DNA of 64,000 nucleotides from Dipteris shenzhenensis (taxonomy: Eukaryota): the NCBI GenBank assembly GCA_047967505.1, contig CM106538.1; one strand, given 5' to 3'. Shown here in pieces: positions 49,014-62,440 of this stretch. The translations under genes and the position numbers were made by a program. Each line of letters opens with the position of its first letter. The first letter of the stretch is position 1. A model generated the notes under the pieces. It made no database searches and was not told the origin of the DNA. It saw only the letters and a program-made list of their open reading frames with translations.

Positions 49014-50681
49014 ATGGCGAACACTCTTTGTGGCCATCGAAATGCTTTCCATGACTGGCTCGCCGCCTCCGCCTACGGTTCGAACTTCTTCCCCATTGAA
49101 ATTTCGCACAAATCTTTCCTGATTTTGCATCATTTAGTTCACTCTCTCTTCCCCCCCCCCTTGCAGTTACAGGTCCGGATCACACCTCCAGAGTTGTCGG
49201 CCGCAAGAAGCATCGCTCTAAGCGTGGATCCTCTTTCTCTGGTCTCTCCAATTGCCTCCTCTCTTTTTCGATCGTTTTGGTGATTTGCGTCGAACGCTTG
49301 TGTGATGGGAAAAATTTTCCGACCTGAGTTGGTACGCAGAATCGGACGGGGCGCGGACGGAAACAGAGGAAAGGGTTCGTGTGCTTTGGAAGGTTCGACG
49401 CTTCCTTTATTTTTTGTCGTTGCAACTTACAATTTCTTTGGTGACTAAGGGTTATTATTCCAGTGCAGCTGAGCAACCGGCACTATCGTAGATGGATGAA
49501 TGACCGACTTCTGCGGGAACTTGCCCCGCCCTTGGATGCACAGGAAATCGGAAGTCTTTTTGCACCTCCGCCCTGGGGTGCGGTCTTGAACCGGGCAATC
49601 TGAAATTTTTAATGGTGATCTGTTACTGGGGAATGCTAAGTTTCGTCTCAGGCTCTCAGAGGAACAGATCTGTAGAGCAAGTGACAGAGGAAAGAAAAAT
49701 TCAGACATGATCAGATGTGCAAGTAAAGCTGGTATCATTTGTTGTCAGGTGAAAGATCTGTAGCAACACCTTTTGAAAAACTGACGGCGATGGGAGAGAG
49801 CTCAGCTCGGGACTTGGCTGCTTGGGAGCCCTTTAGAAATAACGTAGACATGGATGAAGAGGTCTTTTCCCATACATCCTAGCGTCCATTTTATCAATCA
49901 TACGATTCTGACAAGCTATGTTGAGTTTCTAAAATTTTCCTATTCCGAAATGGGACTCAAATGACTTGTGTAGGCAAAAGCATTGCAGCAAAGAGCAAGG
50001 CCTCGAAGAAAGAAACAAGATGGGGATGCAGTCAGGCAGAATGCTGCGCTACTAGCTTGGCGGAGAATTGAGCATCAACCCAGGGATGCATTACGGCGCC
50101 GCTCCTCCTGGCATCTGGTTGAGGCTTTTGAGGTTGCTTGATCCAACTAATTAAAGTCGCATTTGTCACTCTTTCAAACTCTGTGGATACCTCACCTCAA
50201 ACATTCTGACAAGGCTGTTGCATTTAAACAATCATCAAGACTCTTGCTAGATAAATTTTTGTGTTGGTGCTAGCAGGAAAAGGTGCTTGCATTTTTGGCA
50301 GAGCTGGAGAAAGGGGGCGCAGAGTTGCTTGTGTTGGAGGTGGAGGATTCCTACCATCGCATGCTGCTTCATGGTGTTTGTCAGGTAGATTTCTTGTTAG
50401 CCTTGCAGATCAAATCTAATAATGCAAGGGAGACAGAAGGTGAATCCAGTCATTTTATGCTGTGGATGCAGTTCCATGGTCTTTTGTCTAGAAGTATTTC
50501 AACTTTGGAGGAGAAAGAGGGCAAGGGCATAGACACAGCGGTGACTAAAGTGCATATAAAGGAGGGGAAGGCTAGTAAAACAGGAAGCCCGAGCAAGTTC
50601 CAACACGAAAGGCCGTGCACTTTGATGCAGTTTCTGGTGGAAACCAAAAGCAGCATTCCCTTTGCAAGTGCAGCTGCGTGA
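49014..50681 (+). CDS. R3H-domain protein with R3H-associated N-terminal domain (R3HDM4 / Arabidopsis At1g03250-like). Proposed exons: 49014-49077, 49167-49241 (donor could be 49223), 49464-49577, 49749-49861, 49974-50132, 50277-50384, 50472-50681
   Basis: Recognised motifs SNRHYRRWMNDRLLRELAPPLDAQEIGSLFAPPPWG, WEPFRNNVDMDEE, AWRRIEHQPRDALRR and the R3H core LEVEDSYHRMLLHGVCQ|FHGL. GT-AG introns with consistent phases, ATG in ACCATGG context, no internal stops. Exons 1-2 are less certain than exons 3-7. Confidence 0.9.
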
Positions 50682-52639
50682 TACAGCTTTGTGTTTTAGG
50701 GGAAACTTTGTACAGTGTAAACATACCATCTGCAGGTTGTTTCAGATCCAGGAACAGCATGCCTTCATCTAGACCCAGTATTATCATTTTTTCATGTTCA
50801 AATTACTTTCTTTCAAACGCTCTGTTGAAAGTGTATAAGATGTTTATATCATTTTTCCCATAACTTTTCACGATAACCCCAAGGGGTTGTCCCTTGAGCA
50901 CTGAAAATCCAAGGGGTTCTCGCTTGAGCACTGAACGGGCTTTCTTCTATATGGGACTTGGCATATGCAACATGTATGCTTCTATCAAGATCATGATTCC
51001 TGCATATCTCCCATGTAGCGCCATAACCTGCAGATATGGTGTGCTGGATCGTAGCACATACAAGTGGGTGAAATAAAGGAATTTAGATTCAAAAGAAAAA
51101 CTTCCTTTGAAGAAATCCAGTAAAGAAAGCGCCCCCCAAGAGAAGAACTTTCTTCCAGGGGGACATGGGGACATGGGGAGTGGTAAAAGGAGGGGTGCGA
51201 AAGAGTTTGAAGCTTTGGTGGGGAGGGGGGATGTAGGGAAAGGAAGCAGGAGAAGGAAAACTTGGGCACACGATACATAGTATGGCATGACTATGACAAG
51301 AGTGACGTAGTCCTGGTGACTGGATTAGAGAGATTTCAGTTCATAGGAGATTTTTCTTCTGGCAGATGTTTATTATTGCTTTCAGTGGGATTAAAAATTG
51401 TGAAGGTGAATGAATAAGGTGCTTTCTTTGGTGTTTGGGTTGTTTTGGTTGGGGTTTTAAAGCTTCGTAAACACTGGGTCTACCCAAGAGATTCGAGAAT
51501 CTCTTGGAACCTTGACGGCAGCTTATGCTTGGGTACTGATGAGAACGCAAGCGTAGCTTTGTTTACGAAGGTGTTTTTATTTTCTCATTTTCTCTTAATT
51601 TTGTTTAATGTCTCTTGCAAAATCCCTTCTTCCCCTCTTTTTTACTGGTCAGCTTGCTGGAGTGCGAGAGCAGGGCTTTCAGAATGCTTTTTGCGTAGAA
51701 ATACTAGTTCAGGAGAGACTGAAATGGAGACAGTTGTAGCTTGGATGAAAGGACTTCATTTGTTTAGCCTTCTCTGACGAAAAGACTTCATGTGTAGCTT
51801 GGATGAAACGACTTCATTTGTTAAGAATATTGGAAAACAATGTTTCTCATAGGACGATGGTCAAGCACATAAAGTTTTGGAATTAGCCTTTACCAAGACT
51901 GAATCTGCCCATCACATCGGGAGGTCCGATAGACACTTAGTTAAAGAAATCTTGTATAATGGGTGCTTATGTGGCTGTGGGTCTGTGAATATGAGTATGT
52001 ATGAAAGCATATGTTTATACAATCCTTTCTACAGACCATGGAATGCTGCAGGTATTGGTGAGAATGTCATAGTAGCTAGTCCCAAGCATGTTGGATGGAA
52101 TTTATGGTCTTCAACTTGAGGGTGACCTGTCTTGACGTTGAAACCACTGTTCTATATTGTTTTGATTTGTTTTTAGAGGGAGTTTCGGTGTATTAGATAT
52201 AAATATGGGAGGGGAATATAATACCTTATCTTGTGGCTAGATGTGGCTTCCATCGAAGGATTCTGCTTTAGGCATGGTTACTATTGATTTTGAAATGATT
52301 TCAAAATACCCGTGGCATAGTCAACTTCCATGATAGATATGTTACCCAATATCCCTGCAGTCGAAGCTGCCTTTTGTGGAGATTGTTTATACTATGTAGA
52401 CCTCTTTTGTGGTGTCATCATGATTGTCTCTAATCATCATCAAATGCTTTGAATTGTCTTTTGAGTTTACTGACATGCATCTTTTTAGGGATCAACTTTG
52501 TCTTCTTTGCTTTCTTGGATGGGGATGTGCTTGCCAACAGTTCGTCTCCTTCTATGAAAGTATCCCATAAACTTGCTAAGGACTTACCAAAAATTGTTGG
52601 GCTTGCACCAGTTACAAGGGGATGCTGCACTTAGTTGTG

Positions 52640-53285
52640 CTTGGGAATTTCCTGGATTCATCTAGGTATATGCTTCACTTAGTTGGTCACTTTGGCTTTC
52701 AGAGTGGGCTTACAGAGGCTCATTTAAGTCAATGGTAATTGCTTCTTATTAGTTAACGAGGATGTGTGGAAAAGGATTGGTTAACTTCAGGAACATATGG
52801 GACCCAGGCAGTTGTAAATGGTTGGGAGAGGATTTGTTTGCCAGGCAGTATGGCTTTTCAGGTTCTTGAAAAAGGATAATGCACAGTCTCTCAAGAAATG
52901 AGTGTCCATGGGGTCTGTTTGGTTAGAGGGGGCTTGATACAATTTGTAAACGCTATTGGCAAAGAGATCAGCAAATGCTCTTTAAATCATAGCACGCTTG
53001 GAGGATAAGGGTGGGATGAACGAAGAGCTATGAAGGTGTGGTAGGTCTGTAATTAATTGCACATGGAGAAGGAGAAATAAGATGATTTTTGATTGCAGGT
53101 ATAGTGTTGTTGATTGCTCTCAATGTTGTTAAAACAAATAGCATCAAATAGCATGCGGGTGATAAGTTGTAAGATTGATGGATACAAATCTTCATTGTAA
53201 CTATCTCTTCATCGTAACTGTCTCTTATGAGTTTGATCTTTCTTTTTTCTTATATTAATATATAGAAAGTATTTTTGAAAAAAAC
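52640..53285 (+). mobile_element. Probable LINE 3' fragment
   Basis: Peptide GKGLVNFRNIWDPGSCKW...FARQYGF parallels the 43570-44174 insert. Ends in an AT-rich 3' end and A8 tail at 53278-53285. No TSD found and the 5' limit is approximate. Confidence 0.5.
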
Positions 53286-53360
53286 CTCATTGATTTGTGA
53301 AGGAGGGGAGGGATCTAATTGATTGAATTTCAATTGTCATTTTGTCGATATAAATATGAC

Positions 53361-53600
53361 TCCTTGGAGAACGTAAAATCCAAATTCCTATTATAAAGAA
53401 AGCTTAGCTTATATGCCTCCCTAGAGAACCTAAAATCAAAATTCTTATTATAAAAAAATCTCAGCTTATATACAAAAAGCTCATGTTTCCTTGGAGAACG
53501 TAAAATCCAAATTCCTATTATAAAGAAAGCTCAGCTTATATGCCTTCTTAGAGAACCTAAAATCAAAATTCTTATTATAAAAAAAATCTTAGCTTATATA
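53361..53600. repeat. Tandem repeat: two ~127 bp units, each made of two related ~57 bp subunits
   Basis: GAGAAC.TAAAATC.AAATTC.TATTATAAA...AGCTTATAT occurs four times in ABAB order. Confidence 0.9.
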
Positions 53601-54357
53601 AAAAAATTTATTACAAAAATTTTAGCTCCGCTAGTGGTTTAGGTGTTGTGCCTAGCATCACAAAAACTCGCGCAAGATCATTTATGTGGCATGGTGTGTA
53701 GAATCCCCAAATAAAAATCATTGGTATAGGAATCAAATGCAATTCTTAGGTGGATTGAATCAGGTAGATTACTTGTCCAATTAAGGTCCATTAGCATCTC
53801 AACCACTGTATGATCGTGGGAGAAAACTGCCATTGCTTTGGAGATAGCTAACTAAAAGAACGGAATCAATTGAAGGTGGGACATAGTCAGAGGGTGGAGA
53901 CAAGGGTCGAGTAGGAGGATGGTGGAGCACGAGACGAGGTTGGAGTTGTGTGAAGTCAATGAAGGTGGTAGAGATGAGGTGTAGTATTGTGAAATCGACA
54001 AAGGTGGAGAAGATGAGGATGGGAGGACAATGAAGTAGGAGATGAGGGTGGATTTGTGTAAAGTTTACAAGGGTGGTAGAGACGATGGTAGACTAGCGTG
54101 TAAGCGATAAAGCTAGTGGAGACGAGGGTGGGAGACAGGCTTCGCAATTAAGTAGCCCCAGTACCCACCAAGCCACCTTGACGAGCTTGTCACCTTCTAG
54201 TTAAGTTATTTTGATCAAATTGCTAGCAATTAAGCTACTTGATCAATTCAAAAGGGGCATCATCAGAAATTTTATCCAACATAGCACTTCTTTTTTACGA
54301 GGGGAAATCACAAAGCCCCTAACCTCCTCTGACCGGACAGCCAAGCATGTGATTAAT

Positions 54358-54563
54358 TGAAGATGGCTCATTATTTTTTGGATGGCACCACCGGGCCTCC
54401 AGTCACTTCATTGGCTTGGATTTTCATTAATTTAAGGTGGCTTGGCACATGATTATTTGTATGGCACCACTGGGCCTCCGCTAGCTCAGATTTTGATTAC
54501 TTTAAGGTGGCTTATTAAGATGGCTCATGATTATTTGGATGGCATTACCGGGCCTCCAGTCAC
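54358..54563. repeat. Three diverged ~80 bp tandem units
   Basis: GATGGCACCACCGGGCCTCC-like core occurs three times. Confidence 0.8.
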
Positions 54564-55812
54564 CACGGTGGCTCAGAGAGTTAAAAACTTTGGTGATTAG
54601 ATGGTTATCCCATCATGCAAGCTAGGTGGCTGTAGGAGCCCCCTACAATCCCGGTGGCTTAAAAGCTGCGACATTAAGTCATCACACATAACCCTAATCG
54701 AGCTCCGAGGTCCACTACTTAATCCTTACCACACCATCATTTTGCTTATAAGTCTTCATTTCTTGTCTATTGAATGCTGGCACTGTGGCAATTGATGACT
54801 CGTCGGTAGTGCTTTTTTCCAAGTAGTAAAAGTGGTTTAGTTTATGAGTAGCTAAATTAGTTTAGTTTAATTTTTGGGCTCTTTACTAGTAGTTAAATTA
54901 GTTTAATAGATTAGTTTCTGGGGTTGCCTTGGACTGTGATCGTCCAAAACCAGCCCGGTGGTTTTAACAACAATATATAATTCAACTGGTTAATGTGATT
55001 GTCCTAAATTGAGTTTTGTTATTGTCTAGTTATAAAATTTGACAGGTGGTGAGCTATGGGTAGATGACATGACAGTAGTTTGATGCATAAGATGTAGCAC
55101 AGAGACAGCACGAAGAAAAATGTTTAACTTTCTGAAACCACTGCACTAAAATAGAACCAGCGTGGTGGTTGCACAAAGGAAATAGATTTAGGATTAACTT
55201 TTAACCACTTGTTTTAAACTCGATGCAAAATATATGATCAATTGTGGGGCTCCAACGCGGGTCTCAAGCCAATTAATGTAAATACATTTTCTTTGGTTTA
55301 ATTAGGAGTAGCTACAACCACCTCCAAGAACCAGCGCGGTGGTCACACAAAGCAAATGCCGCGTGGCAGGTCACAAATCTAGATTAGCATGGGAGAGTTG
55401 TGCATAGATGACAGTTGGCGAGCTATGAGTAGATGACAGCAGGTGGAGAGCTATGGGTAGATAACAAGCTGGAAGTAGATGACAAGAGTCTGATTCACAA
55501 AGATGCAGCACAAAGACTGTGCAAAAAAGGGCAGAACTATTTGTGTAGTGACATGTGTCAAGCAACAAGTTTGACAAATTGTCTCATTATTACGCCAGTA
55601 AGGCAGTCATTATGCCAGGAAAAATTCCGACGAGAGTGTGAGTCTGCCTGAAATTCAAAATATCACCCACTAGGGCGTCGCATTGGGGCCCCAAAACTAC
55701 CCCTGAAATAGTACCACAATTGGCTACACCTGATTGTGCATTGACCCCTAATGAAGACAAAATCTTTGGGATAGTGGCAATGTCAGCTGTAGTTATAGGA
55801 TGAAAGGGTCCA

Positions 55813-55815
<3 letters not shown>

Positions 55816-55876
<61 letters not shown>
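55816..55876. repeat. (CT)n microsatellite
   Basis: Read directly from the sequence. Confidence 0.95.
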
Positions 55877-55878
<2 letters not shown>

Positions 55879-58700
55879 GAGCCATTTTGATACAACCCCA
55901 CGATAGCAATAGTAGCAACAGTTTTGGCCAAAGTGCGGAGTGATCTGAACAATGATGAGGGAGTCCACCGATCTTACTTGTGTTGTGCATCTAGACTCTT
56001 AGATGTAAGTGAGAAGGGCCCCCTGAACCATTCTGGCCAACACCCTCCCGCACAAAAGAGGGTTTGGTATATGGTGCTTTACTTGATTCAAAAGCCTCAG
56101 CCCCACTAGGTACCAGGTTTCTGCCATAAGCTTGGCCATAGCCACATCTTTTGGAAGGCAGTTTTGAAATGTACCAAATTCTCCACCTGCTTTATGTTTT
56201 CAATGTGGGCTCATCCACCATGTTAGAATAGAGTAACTTACATTCACATTCTTAGCTCTAAGAACATTAAAGCACCTTTGAATCCAAATGTTCCACAAAG
56301 CATTTCTCCAATCACCCTACACATGGGTAGGCATATCTCCTAGTAGAATATAGGCATACTGAAAAGGAAAATGCTCAATGTGACTTCTCACTAGATACCA
56401 CACTCTAACAAATTGAATCATAATTGGTACTTGATATCAAAGCCTAAATATTGTCACTTGATCATAGCTTCATCAGAAGTGACATACACATCCAAGTAGC
56501 TAGAAGTCGTGGTGCAATCATAAGGCTAGATGTGATCGAAGATATAGTCTTTTGTGATCATAGCTCGAAGCGCGAGCATATAGTGAAGTTGCAGACAAGT
56601 GACTAGAAGTAATTCTTGATAGAAGTGTCAAAGATAGCAAAGTAACCAAAAATGGTAATGCCTTACGTTCCAAAGGAGTACTTCTTGAGGAATTGCCAAA
56701 TCCAATAAAGTATCCAAAAATAGGTGATGCCTTACATTTCTTGAAGGAAATATGGAATGCATTGCTAGACATCCAATTGAGTGGTCCACTAGTTGCTGCA
56801 ATTGGAGCATTTGCTCAAGGTTCTGTACTGCCTTCATCTTTGGCAGTAGCTATCCAATCATCGGTGCAAATTGGAGCAGTAAGGAAAAGAAAAAGACACC
56901 ATCCAGGTTTGGCGCCCATTTGGAAGCTACTGTTGTACCTACAAGAGGAGAAAAAAGGCCTCCACCACAAACAATTGACCAAAGAGTGACCCAACTACAA
57001 CAAGTTGAAAGGTTGAACAGTGATGATGATAGTGACAACAACGAGGATGAAGATGCTACATAATCCATCATTACAAATTCAATTCTTGCATATGCTTTTA
57101 TGATGATAGATATACATGTTGAAGGTGATGAGCTCTACATATGGGGAGCCTCTCAATATCATGTGCTCACCTAGCACATCGATCGAGCTTCTTTGTTTAC
57201 CAATCAAAGAAACACTGATGACAAGATTGCACAAAAATTGTGTGAGGATGCAAGGTGAAATAAAACACTAGCCCCTAGTGTTATTACTTTACGCCCAATA
57301 TCCTTGAAGAGGCTTCCAAGCAAATCAAATAATCTAGAGGGACCACTTGTGAGTTTTTGAAAGCGTGCCAACTTCTTTGAAGCCTTTGATGAGTTCAAAC
57401 AGATTGATAGAATGTGCGAAGCTGCAATCTACGAGAGAAATTACAAGGATAATGATGAGAAAAATAAGATGCTCTAATGGAATAGAAAGATGCATGTTGG
57501 AGCCCATTGATGGGCAACACTCTATGAAGCCTTGAAAAATAAATTTAATGAAGCTACAACAACGAAGTTGTCACAAGACAACTATATGAAGAAGTTTTTT
57601 ATTTAGAGTATATGAAGAAGCTACAAAAGGGAACTTGTCATAGAACTTGTCACAGGACGTGTAAATTAAGGAATTTTCTAGCTTCATAGCTTCTATTTGT
57701 CTATTTGAAGATTACTTGAAATACAATTTGGAATCTATCGGGCTAAATAATGAACTATTTCATGAGAAAAAAAAGTTAATACTTTTGGAGATTTTGATCA
57801 AAGCAAGAGAGATCTGGTATGGGTGTGGGAATCCATATCTTTCAAAGGATAGGAAGCCCAGTGGAGACTTTTTGAAAAAACAAACAAGGTTTTACATATG
57901 TTTAATAGGTGTAGTAAATGATCTTCAAGCAAGCCCCTAGGACATGAGAAAGTTCATTGTGAGGTATAGGGATTATACATACATCCTATTTTGGGCTGAA
58001 GATCTATTGTGGATGGCTACGGATCTTTTTGAAATAATATCTCAAGTCAAGCAAGCCATAAGAACTAACTTAGATTGGATTTCTAAGAACACAAGACATC
58101 AAAAGGGGTGCAAAAGAGAACCAGAACGATTAACATTGTCAAAGAAAGAAGACTTTACTCTGCAAAAATGGCAAGAGAGGGAGGAGCTCAAAAAAATAAG
58201 AGACGCATTTGGTTATTCTTAAGGAGTATCGTACGATGAATAATCAAGTATTTTATTAGTAATTTCACTAAATTTTCATTTAAAAGTTAGCTTTAAAAAC
58301 CACATTAGCATAGTATTCATTATTTTTGGACTTTTTCTTAGTCCAGTTTTGAGATTGGACTTTATATAGGTTCAACATTTTTTATTACAGTGTAGTGCAT
58401 CTCAGATTCTATCATTTTACAAATGCATAATTTCAAACATCTACAAAATGTGGGTCATCCAAGGACTTGCCACCTACCATAAACAAAAGAAGTCAACAGA
58501 ATAGGAGGCATCCCCTAGGCAACCTATAAATTCACACAACCCAAATAGTGTATTTTAAAGTCAATCTTTATAAAGAATTTTATTAAGTGAGTTTGCAAGT
58601 TTTTTATTTTACCTTTTCTTTCAACTAGAATCATTTTTTTGGACTATTGTCCTCCCCTTGGAGGGATTTTGGAGCAATAGGAAATATATTTACATATGTT

Positions 58701-59073
58701 TCTCATATCCTAGAATTCAAATATTTGTAACCATATTTTGGTAAACCTCTCCCATGGGAGGGACCACGCGATGATGTGCTATCTCAAACTCCCTGCGACT
58801 CGGTTTTCCCTGTGTGGGGGGAGTTTGAGACATCACATTGCCGATCTATCTCTCCACAAGGGAGTTAACCAAAATATCTCATACAAAATATCTCATATCC
58901 TAGAATTCAAATATATGTAACCATAATTTTGTAAACCTCTCCCATGGGAGGGACCACGGGATGACGTGCTATCTCAAACTCCCTATGACTTGTTTTTCCC
59001 TCCGTGGGGGGAGTTTGAGAAATCACATTGCCAATCTATCGCTCTACAAGGGAGTTAACCAAAATATCTCATA
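58701..59073. repeat. Tandem duplication of a ~190 bp unit with internal hairpins
   Basis: Units start TCTCATATCCTAGAATTC at 58701 and 58891. Each contains the pair TCTCAAACTCCC / GGGAGTTTGAGA. Confidence 0.9.
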
Positions 59074-61499
59074 TAATGTCATATTACTCAAAACGATCAG
59101 CATATGTATCCAAATTCATTAAGTGGGTTGAAATCTTCAAATTCTAACACATGATAAACAATTTCAAATATGTATTTTAATCTACTTGAGGACCCACATA
59201 AGCAAGCTAACATATTTTTCCCAAGGGAGGAAGTTTTGATGGCTTACTATCATGCAATAATGCCTATGATGCAAATATATTCCACCCTATATTTGGGATC
59301 TACTAAAATAAAAACATGCTAAATTACCTCATATGGAACAACACATCAAAGTGCTATGCCAAACACCCCTTACAAAAGGAACAAAGCTCCTTTTTTTGGC
59401 AATAATAACAAGGATATGCTTTTTTGATTCAAAACGATGTGTAGGAGACCAAAATAAGTGAGGTGCATTTTCGTCTCAATCATGAACATTCCAACATCAA
59501 ATCACTTCATTGGTACAAAGAAAAAAATCACATTCTCACTAACAAAAACTCACAAAAAAGGATCTCCCACTCCCAAGATGGCATTTTTTAGAATGCCATT
59601 GTACTCTTCTTCATTGTCACGTATCTATTGGTTATATTCTTCATCTTCTTCTTTGGATCAATTATATTCTTCTTCCATGTCATGTATCCATTCTTTGGAT
59701 TGTACTACGACCAAGACTACTGCTTGGAAGGTATAGGTTCTCTAACCTATGCTAAACATCATCTATAGATTGCTTGCTCTCTTCTAGGGTCCTTATCTTT
59801 CACAATGATTTGTGTCTCATCTATTAAGGGCTAGTGCACAGACTTCCCTCCCCCTATTCGCTTCTCCTATCTATTCAATTAATTAACGTCACTTGCCCCC
59901 CCTTTTTGCAAATTAACCTATCCTAATAGTTAATTAATCACTTAATTAATGTCACTCACCCCCCCCTCCTCTTTTGCCACTGCCTCTCCCTGCTCTCTCC
60001 CTCAGCTCCCTCTGCTCTTGTCCCTACGCTCCCTCCTCCCTTTGTTTCCTCTCCTTCTTCCTCTCCCTCTCCCTCTCGCTCAACTCTTCCCCTTCCTCTC
60101 CTTATTCCTCTCCACCCACCCCTCTCCCTCTCGCTTGCCTCATCCCCTTACCACTCCACCCTCTCCCTTCACTCAGCCCTCCCCTCTTCCTCCCCCTCCC
60201 CCTCCCCTGCTCTGTTTCTCATGTAGTAGTTACTGATCATAGTTTTGCTCACTATTTTCATCATATTTCCTTGGCTCTCATCTGCTGAGAGGATCCACCA
60301 AGGACATGCGTAGGATACACCCATGTTCGAAGCTCTGTCTCAAAATCGTTTCCTCCTCATCTACTCACTGAGGGAAGCTACGAACCTTTTGGACCCATCG
60401 ACGCTTCTCTAGAGAGCACCACCTTTAATTGATTTAATTGATCACATAAACATTAAACAAACCTTAAGTGATCACCCTACCTACATTAATCAAACATTGC
60501 ACCCCCCACCCCCCCTTCCCCCCATGAAACAAATTAATTAATGCACAAAAATTCAATCTGGGGGTACCTGTTAACCATTTAGTTTATTCCAGCATTGACC
60601 TAGATGATGTGGCTTCTTGGTTATATTTTATGAAATGCACGAGGATGACGAAATGGATTTTAGGAAGGTAAAGTATACGAGCTGAATGCAGCCACCAAGG
60701 ACTACCTCCACTTCTTCTCTTTGAAGCTTACAAGGCAATAAATGAGGAGAGTCTTGCACTATCTGTGTAAGACTCCAAAGCCTTTGAACTCTCATAACTC
60801 TCATCTATAGTTGTGTAGCTCCCACCTTTGAATTGCCATGTTGCACCTAAATAAGTCCTCTCTTAATTACTAGGGCCAAAGAAACTCATGGCACACCTAT
60901 TGGATTGACAAGCTAACTGAAGCATTGTGATCTCATAAGAGCAAGAGAACAAAACTTTCTCCTCACCTATAGGACTTTAAAATATCCCATGGCTCAACTA
61001 TCCAGCCAACAAGCTAAGTGAAAGAGCTATGCTTTGACACTACGAAGTCTTGGTAGCCATCTTGAATATCTGAGTTGTCCAAAAACCAAAAATTTCTCCA
61101 TACCTGCTAGCTAACATAGTTTAGGCTACTCGTCTTTTCTAGTCTATTATGCAATGGACAATTATATCCATAGACCTATGTGTATGAGAGATCAATGTGG
61201 CCAAAGCTTCATCAATAGGCCAAAAGAGTCAGGAATCACTTTTCCCTTCCCTCTTTTGGTGGAAGCAGTGCCCTTTTTCAGTGCTTCAAAATGAATTACT
61301 TGAATGGTATGCCCCTATTATATAATTGAAGGAGCATTTCTATTCATCTTAAATGGTAGGATTGTTTGAGAGATTGTTCAAGGTCAATAAACATGTCACA
61401 ACTACCTCTAACAAAGAATGGGCTCATTAAGGCTGGCAAATCCACATCAAGGCTATCTTGATAGCTTGCATTTCTATCCATGCACCTTCCATGTATCAA

Positions 61500-62440
61500 T
61501 ATTTTCAAATCAAAAATTTACATTTCTATACATGCACCTTCCATGTGTGCATCAAAACTAATTTTGCCAACGGTAAAAAAATATAGCAAGCTAGCCTTCT
61601 ATATATTGCTACCATGATTGAATTTTTTCACATGAAAACTTACTTCCTTAGCCTATGTCTTTTCCTGGAAATAAATCTATTGCGAGATGATAAAAGTGTG
61701 AAAAATCAACCCAATTTCTCCATTTGCAAGGATGTTCAGTCCTAAAGCCTCTCATGGACTTGGTTCCACAGACAACATACAAAGGACCACCACAACTATA
61801 CCCCACTACAAATTTTTCCTCCTTCCCATGGGTTTAGATATTTAGTATGCGCATTTGTATTTGTCTTGGATGCAGATGTCCGCCTAGTGGCTCCACCCAT
61901 TCAGCTCATTTTTCAATCTCATCTACCCTATGTTCTTTCAAAGAATTTAATAAGCCTCCTTTATCCAATTTTAAAAACAACACTTTTTGTATCCAGAAAC
62001 ATATTCACAAATTTAAATCAAATCAATTCCAAAAGCAAAACGAAGTTTAAGAAACCGTTTAGTAACCATTTTCCTACACTTTTGAACTATACATTCTAAC
62101 CCAAGTTCACCCTCCTTCTTACTAGCCACCATATAATTCCAATCTATGGCATGCCATTTCTCCCTCCATACAAAATTTCTAATATACCTGTCCATTTTAT
62201 TTAGTGCATTATTAGAGAAACGAAAGGTAGAAATTACATACAGTGGGATAGACATCAATACTTGTTTAGCAACAACTACCTTGCCTGCAAGAGACAGTTT
62301 GGAATTCTCCCATGTGGCAAACTTACTCTGCATCTTAGATTTTTTAAACGAAGAAAACATCCAACAGGGCATCCTAAATATTTGATAATTACATTAGCTC
62401 TGATCCATCTGAAAGAAAACCTTGTATACCATTTAGGTAA
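61500..62440 (-). mobile_element. L1-type LINE ORF2 remnant (RT thumb and downstream region)
   Basis: IKYLGCPVG, then W...LSLAGKVVVAKQVLMSIPLY...RNFVW...W....KKEGELG (ORF 62013-62372). Left limit is uncertain and may extend to ~60600. Confidence 0.85.

Noticed and set aside
48840-49283. 147 aa ORF as a separate gene
   Set aside because: Non-ATG start, and it reads through the 5' region, exon 1 and intron 1 of the R3H gene.
59949-60288. Leu/Pro/Ser-rich ORFs
   Set aside because: Artefact of a polypyrimidine tract.
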